Origin: the human T2T-CHM13v2.0 reference genome, Homo sapiens
DNA length: 64,000 nucleotides
Direction: 5' to 3' (one strand)
Assembly: GCF_009914755.1 (NCBI RefSeq)
Contig: NC_060936.1
The first letter of the stretch is position 1. Each line of letters starts with the position of its first letter. Made by a program: the position numbers and the translations under genes. The notes beneath the pieces were generated by a model that searched no databases, had not been told where the DNA came from, and saw only the letters and a list, made by a program, of their open reading frames with translations. Shown one piece after another: positions 56,079-64,000 of this stretch.

Positions 56079-56375
56079 CTTTTTTTTTTTTTTGAGACAG
56101 AGTCTCGCTCTATCGCCCAGGCTGTAGTGCAGTGGCGCGATCTCGGCTCCCTACAAGCTCCACCTCCCGGGTTCACGCCATTCTCCTGCCTGAGCTTCCC
56201 GAGTAGCTGGGACTGCAGGCGCCCGCCCCCACGCTTGGCTAATTTTTTTGTATTTTTAGTAGAGACGGGGTTTCACCGTGTTAGCCAGGATGGTCTCGAT
56301 CTCCTGACCTCGTGATCCGCCTGCCTCAGCCTCCCAAAGTGCTGGGATAACAGGCGTGAGCCACCGCGCCCGGCC
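56079..56375 (-). mobile_element. AluY-like
   Basis: Reverse dimer; TSD aaaacatttcttt. Confidence 0.9.
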
Positions 56376-56399
56376 TAAAACATTTCTTTAACTTTTTAA

Positions 56400-56960
56400 G
56401 CTGTAAATTAGCAAAACTGAAAATAGTGAAACTACTCTAGGGTGAGTGTGGGGAAACATATACTCCTGTATACTTTTGCTGTAATGTAAACTGGCACAAT
56501 TTTTTGGAGGGCAAACTGGCAATACCTATTCAGATTTCAAAGATGCATACCTTTTGACTCAGCAATTTTGCTTCTAGGAATCTACCCTACTGAAATACTT
56601 ACATTAAGTATGAAAATATACATCTACAAGGATATTTTCTGCAACATTTTCCATAATAAAAATTCAAAGCTATCTATAATCTACCAAGAGAAAAACTGTG
56701 AAATTATTATAATCCTTACAAGAGAATACTAGGCAGCTCTTGCAAAGAATATTTTGGGATTTTTATGTACTGATATAGAAGCTATCAATAATGTAGTGAT
56801 AAGTGGCAGGGAAAAAGCTTATGGGAGAAGGAGATTTTTTTCACTAAAAGTTAAATCAAAGAGAACTACATGTGTGTATGCTCTAATTTATATGTTTGTC
56901 CAAACCAGTGAATAGTATGAAGAACAGAAAGATGTTTACAGTGGTTCCCATCTGGGGAGC
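56400..56960 (+). mobile_element. Old L1M fragment
   Basis: aatgtaaactggcacaattttttggagggcaa...catacc.tttgactcagcaatt...ctaggaatcta. Confidence 0.6.
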
Positions 56961-57279
56961 ATGATCAGAGGTGAGGAGCTTTTTATAGATTACATTACTC
57001 ATTTAATGATATTGCTAGGGACTGAGTTGTGTCTTCCCTACCCTACCCCCGCAAAATTCATATGTCGAAGAAGCCCTAACTCCCAAAGTGACTATATTTG
57101 GAGACATGGCTTTTATAGACTTAATTAAGGTTAAACGTCATAAGGGTGATCTGATAGAACTGGTGTCCTTATAAGAAGCAGAAGAGGCTGGTCGCGGTGG
57201 CTCACGCCTGTAATCCCAGCACTTTGGGAGGCCGAGGCAGGTGGATCACGAGGTCAGGAGATCGAGACCATCCTGGCTA

Positions 57280-57552
<273 letters not shown>

Positions 57553-57599
57553 TCATGCCTGTAATTCCAGTACTTTGGGAGGCCAAGGCAGGCAGATCA

Positions 57600-57956
<357 letters not shown>

Positions 57957-58003
57957 CTACTAGGAGAGAGGCATGACAGATTCTCCCTTACAGCCCTCAG
58001 TAG

Positions 58004-59008
<1,005 letters not shown>

Positions 59009-59571
59009 TAGATGCTTATAAATCTGTTAGAGTGCCTGGGAAAAACAGGTGTTAGCTAGACATCCAGGAATTACTTCCCGAACAATGTCACAAAATCAGT
59101 ACACCAGAAGTTACTGTATATTTATCATAAGCGACAGCTGGCTCTCGGGATCTTTTTATCTCGACTGTTATCTGAGAATCAGGAAAATATCATCAGAACC
59201 ATTAAGTCCAGAACCACGTCATGCTTCCCATGATCTTGCGTCCCAGAGTAGGTGTCCCTTTTGTTTGTCATAGTGTACTAGGGAGCCTTTAGATCTGCAA
59301 AGGTAGCAGCTAACCAAGGGCTAAAAGTGAAATTTCTCTTCACCATCAAATATGAGCAAATTGAGTTTGTGTGAGGGAGACAAAAAACAGAAAAACAGAG
59401 AAGGGAGATATGAAAAGCTTCTAAGAATGTCAAACAACATTTGAGAACCTGGAGTAGAGTTGTAAAGAGGCTAATGAGAAGGCTTGAGAAATGGGGCAAG
59501 TGAAGTAGTTTAAATGCAGGGATGTCTAACATATAATTTTCAGTTGTCACTGCTGTAATTTAAAATCACTA

Positions 59572-60205
<634 letters not shown>

Positions 60206-61272
60206 CTATTATCTCAAATAGTTTCTAAAATATGCCACAAATTTTGATGGTAGGAGGATAAAAAGAAGGGCTACGTTCTATTGGGGTGTGGGTGTGGAGC
60301 AAAGGGAAGAAATCAGGACCATATCTTAACTCCCAAGTTATTTTGTCGTTAACTGCTCTTAATTGTGTTGTCACACTGCCCTCTCATGGTCCCGTCAGTA
60401 TCTCACCAGATTCAATTTCTGGCTTCTGAACCATCTGGCCAATTCCACCATCTGCAAACAATTTCCTGCACCTGCTAACAAAGTATGTGTTAAGCTTGAG
60501 GCCTGGGGAGTAGCAAATTGATTAAAGCTGTTTACTTTATCATCTTTGCAAAACACGGGCAGTTTCCAAAATATGACAAAGAGGCTTCCCCAACAGAGCT
60601 GTATATTTTATATTAACATTAGATCCCCACTAACCGCTATGATTTGAAGGTGCAGATACCGGCATCTTGGCTGTGATTGATGATCAAAATGTTGGCATAA
60701 AATGATATTGGACACATGCGATAAAAACAGTCTGACCTTTTCCAAGATCGATTAATTTCCAGTTATTAATTTAATCCAAAATAAACTTCCTCTAATTCGG
60801 GATTTTAAGTTAGAACAAAGCCAGGCTACTCCCTAGCTAAGTAACTTGGCATCTATTCTAATGAGGAGTCCTATGCCAAGCCAGACTCATATGTGTTGGT
60901 GAGATTTGATTGCCAGTCCTGGTTGCAATTATATCAATTCAGAGCTGCTTAAATCCTTGTTATTCCAGATTTTCCAAATAAAAAAGAAAAGAAAACCCCA
61001 TATCCAGTAGACTAATATTATGTAACACGCTTCATACGAGGTAGTGGGGGAACCCAGCTAAATAAGATAATCACTTCTGCCCTTCGTGAGCTCACTATTG
61101 GTGAAGGGGGAGGGCATGTTAGTGCCATATCCACGGTTCCTCCCTACTCTCCAGCAAAATATACTGCCTGGCTAAGATCCGTATGCCTAACAAGTACTTC
61201 ATCAATATGTGTTGAATTAATGAAGAAAGGAATAAATACACGAGGCAGAATGTGTAGCGGTTGAGAGTTTGC

Positions 61273-61558
<286 letters not shown>

Positions 61559-61589
61559 GGGGGTTTGCCAAAAAGCCCCTTTTCATCCC

Positions 61590-61735
61590 ATCTCTGCCAC
61601 ATACTAGCTGTGTAAATTTACCACTTCACTTCAATCCCTGGAGCCTCCGTTTCTACATCTCTAAACCTACTTCACGAGGCTCTGATAAAATGCTTAGTAT
61701 AGTGCCTCACATACAATAAGCACTTAAATAATAGT
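61590..61735. mobile_element. MIR fragment
   Basis: ctctgccacatactagctgtgt...gagcctccgtttctacatct...aaaatgcttagtatagtgcct...taagcacttaa. Confidence 0.65.
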
Positions 61736-61860
61736 TCAATAATATTGTGTGAAAAGGGCAACAAGGAAAAATGGAGAAATTCATATGGTTAACTATGGGG
61801 ATTAGAATTCTGATGTTATGTGCTGTACAGCACATGTACATTTAAAAATATGGGAAAGTT

Positions 61861-62227
<367 letters not shown>

Positions 62228-62414
62228 TTATTCTTGCAAACCAATTTATTCCATGAGATAGGAAACATGATCTTTGGAGACATTGACTCACATGCTTACA
62301 GTTCTATAACCAGAGAGAGAAAATATTTTTGTTCAAATTCAGGTTAGGAAATTCTCAGAGAAGGATTCTAAATGGTCCTGCAGGTCCATCCCTAGACCAA
62401 TCACCTTAACCAGG

Positions 62415-63185
<771 letters not shown>

Positions 63186-63405
63186 CTAGAGAAGCAAGGC
63201 AGAAACCAGGTTCCTAGGTTTCAGTTCCTCCCCAGTTCTCTCTGCCTCATCTGCTGTGAGACAGCTTGCTGAATGAGATCCCCTACACCCTCCCCCACAG
63301 CACACTCACCTCATTCCACAGGAGTAAACTGCGTGAGAGAATGAAATAGACGATGTAGTGATAAGATGTAGAGCTCTGATTCTGCCTGAGCTCCTAGTTC
63401 CAGTC

Positions 63406-63700
63406 ATTTTTTTTTTTGAGGTGGAGTGTCACTGTGTCACCCAGGCTGGAATGCGGTGACGTGATTTTGGCTCACTGAAACTTCCGCCTCCCGGGTTCAA
63501 GCAATTCTCCTGCCTCAGCCTCCCGAGTGGCTGGGATTACAGGCTCTCACCACCACCCCCAGCTAATTTTTGTGTTTTTAGTAGAGACGAGGTTTCACCA
63601 TGTTGGCCAGGCTGGTCTTGAACTCCTGACCCCAACTGATCCACCCATCTCGGCCTCCCAAAGTGCTTGGATTACAGGCTAGAGCCACTGCGCCCAGACA
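63406..63700 (-). mobile_element. AluS
   Basis: Reverse dimer; TSD cagtcattttt. Confidence 0.88.
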
Positions 63701-63814
63701 TTCAGTCATTTTTGAGGCAAGTTAGCTCAGAATTAAATTTCTGTCCTTACAATTAGCTATCCTGCCTAAATCATAAAGCTATGGTGAGAGAGGGATGGTT
63801 GCAGGAGAAGAGGT

Positions 63815-64000
63815 GTTTTTTGTTGTTGTTGTTTTTTTTTTTTGAGATAGAGTCTCACTCTGTTGCCCAGGCTGTAGTGCAGTGGCGCGATCTTGGCTTG
63901 CTGCAACCTCTGCCTCCCAGGTTCAAACAATTCTCCTGCCTCAGCCTCCCCAGTAGCTAGGACTACAGGCGCGTGCCAGCACGCCTGGCTAATTTTTTGT
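63815..64000 (-). mobile_element. Alu, cut by the window end
   Basis: Reverse right arm. Confidence 0.88.

Overview
Primate (almost certainly human) genomic DNA, very Alu-rich. Bases 1-~34,310 are the 3' half of FGD4 (frabin, a Cdc42 GEF) on the + strand. Seven coding exons with canonical GT-AG junctions and consistent phases encode the end of PH1, the FYVE finger and PH2, with the stop at 28791-28793. A ~5.5 kb 3' UTR ends near an AATAAA at 34290. The rest is intergenic and mostly repeats: about 65 Alus, LTRs (MER52, MaLR, MLT2A, MER51, another ERV1-class LTR), a near full-length HSMAR2 mariner, MER DNA transposons, L1, L2 and MIR. Most ORFs in the supplied track are repeat artefacts. The track misses a decayed processed pseudogene of COA3 on the - strand (~49.3-50.3 kb). 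Other leads are a candidate 12-nt in-frame microexon/poison-exon cluster in an FGD4 intron, templated inverted insertions inside two Alus, a G-quadruplex insert in an Alu inside a CCAAT-rich LTR, and an intact MLT2A LTR with a DUX4-type motif. I found no wholly new biological system. Repeat subfamily names and orthologue comparisons come from recall and need RepeatMasker/BLAST confirmation; repeat boundaries are approximate.
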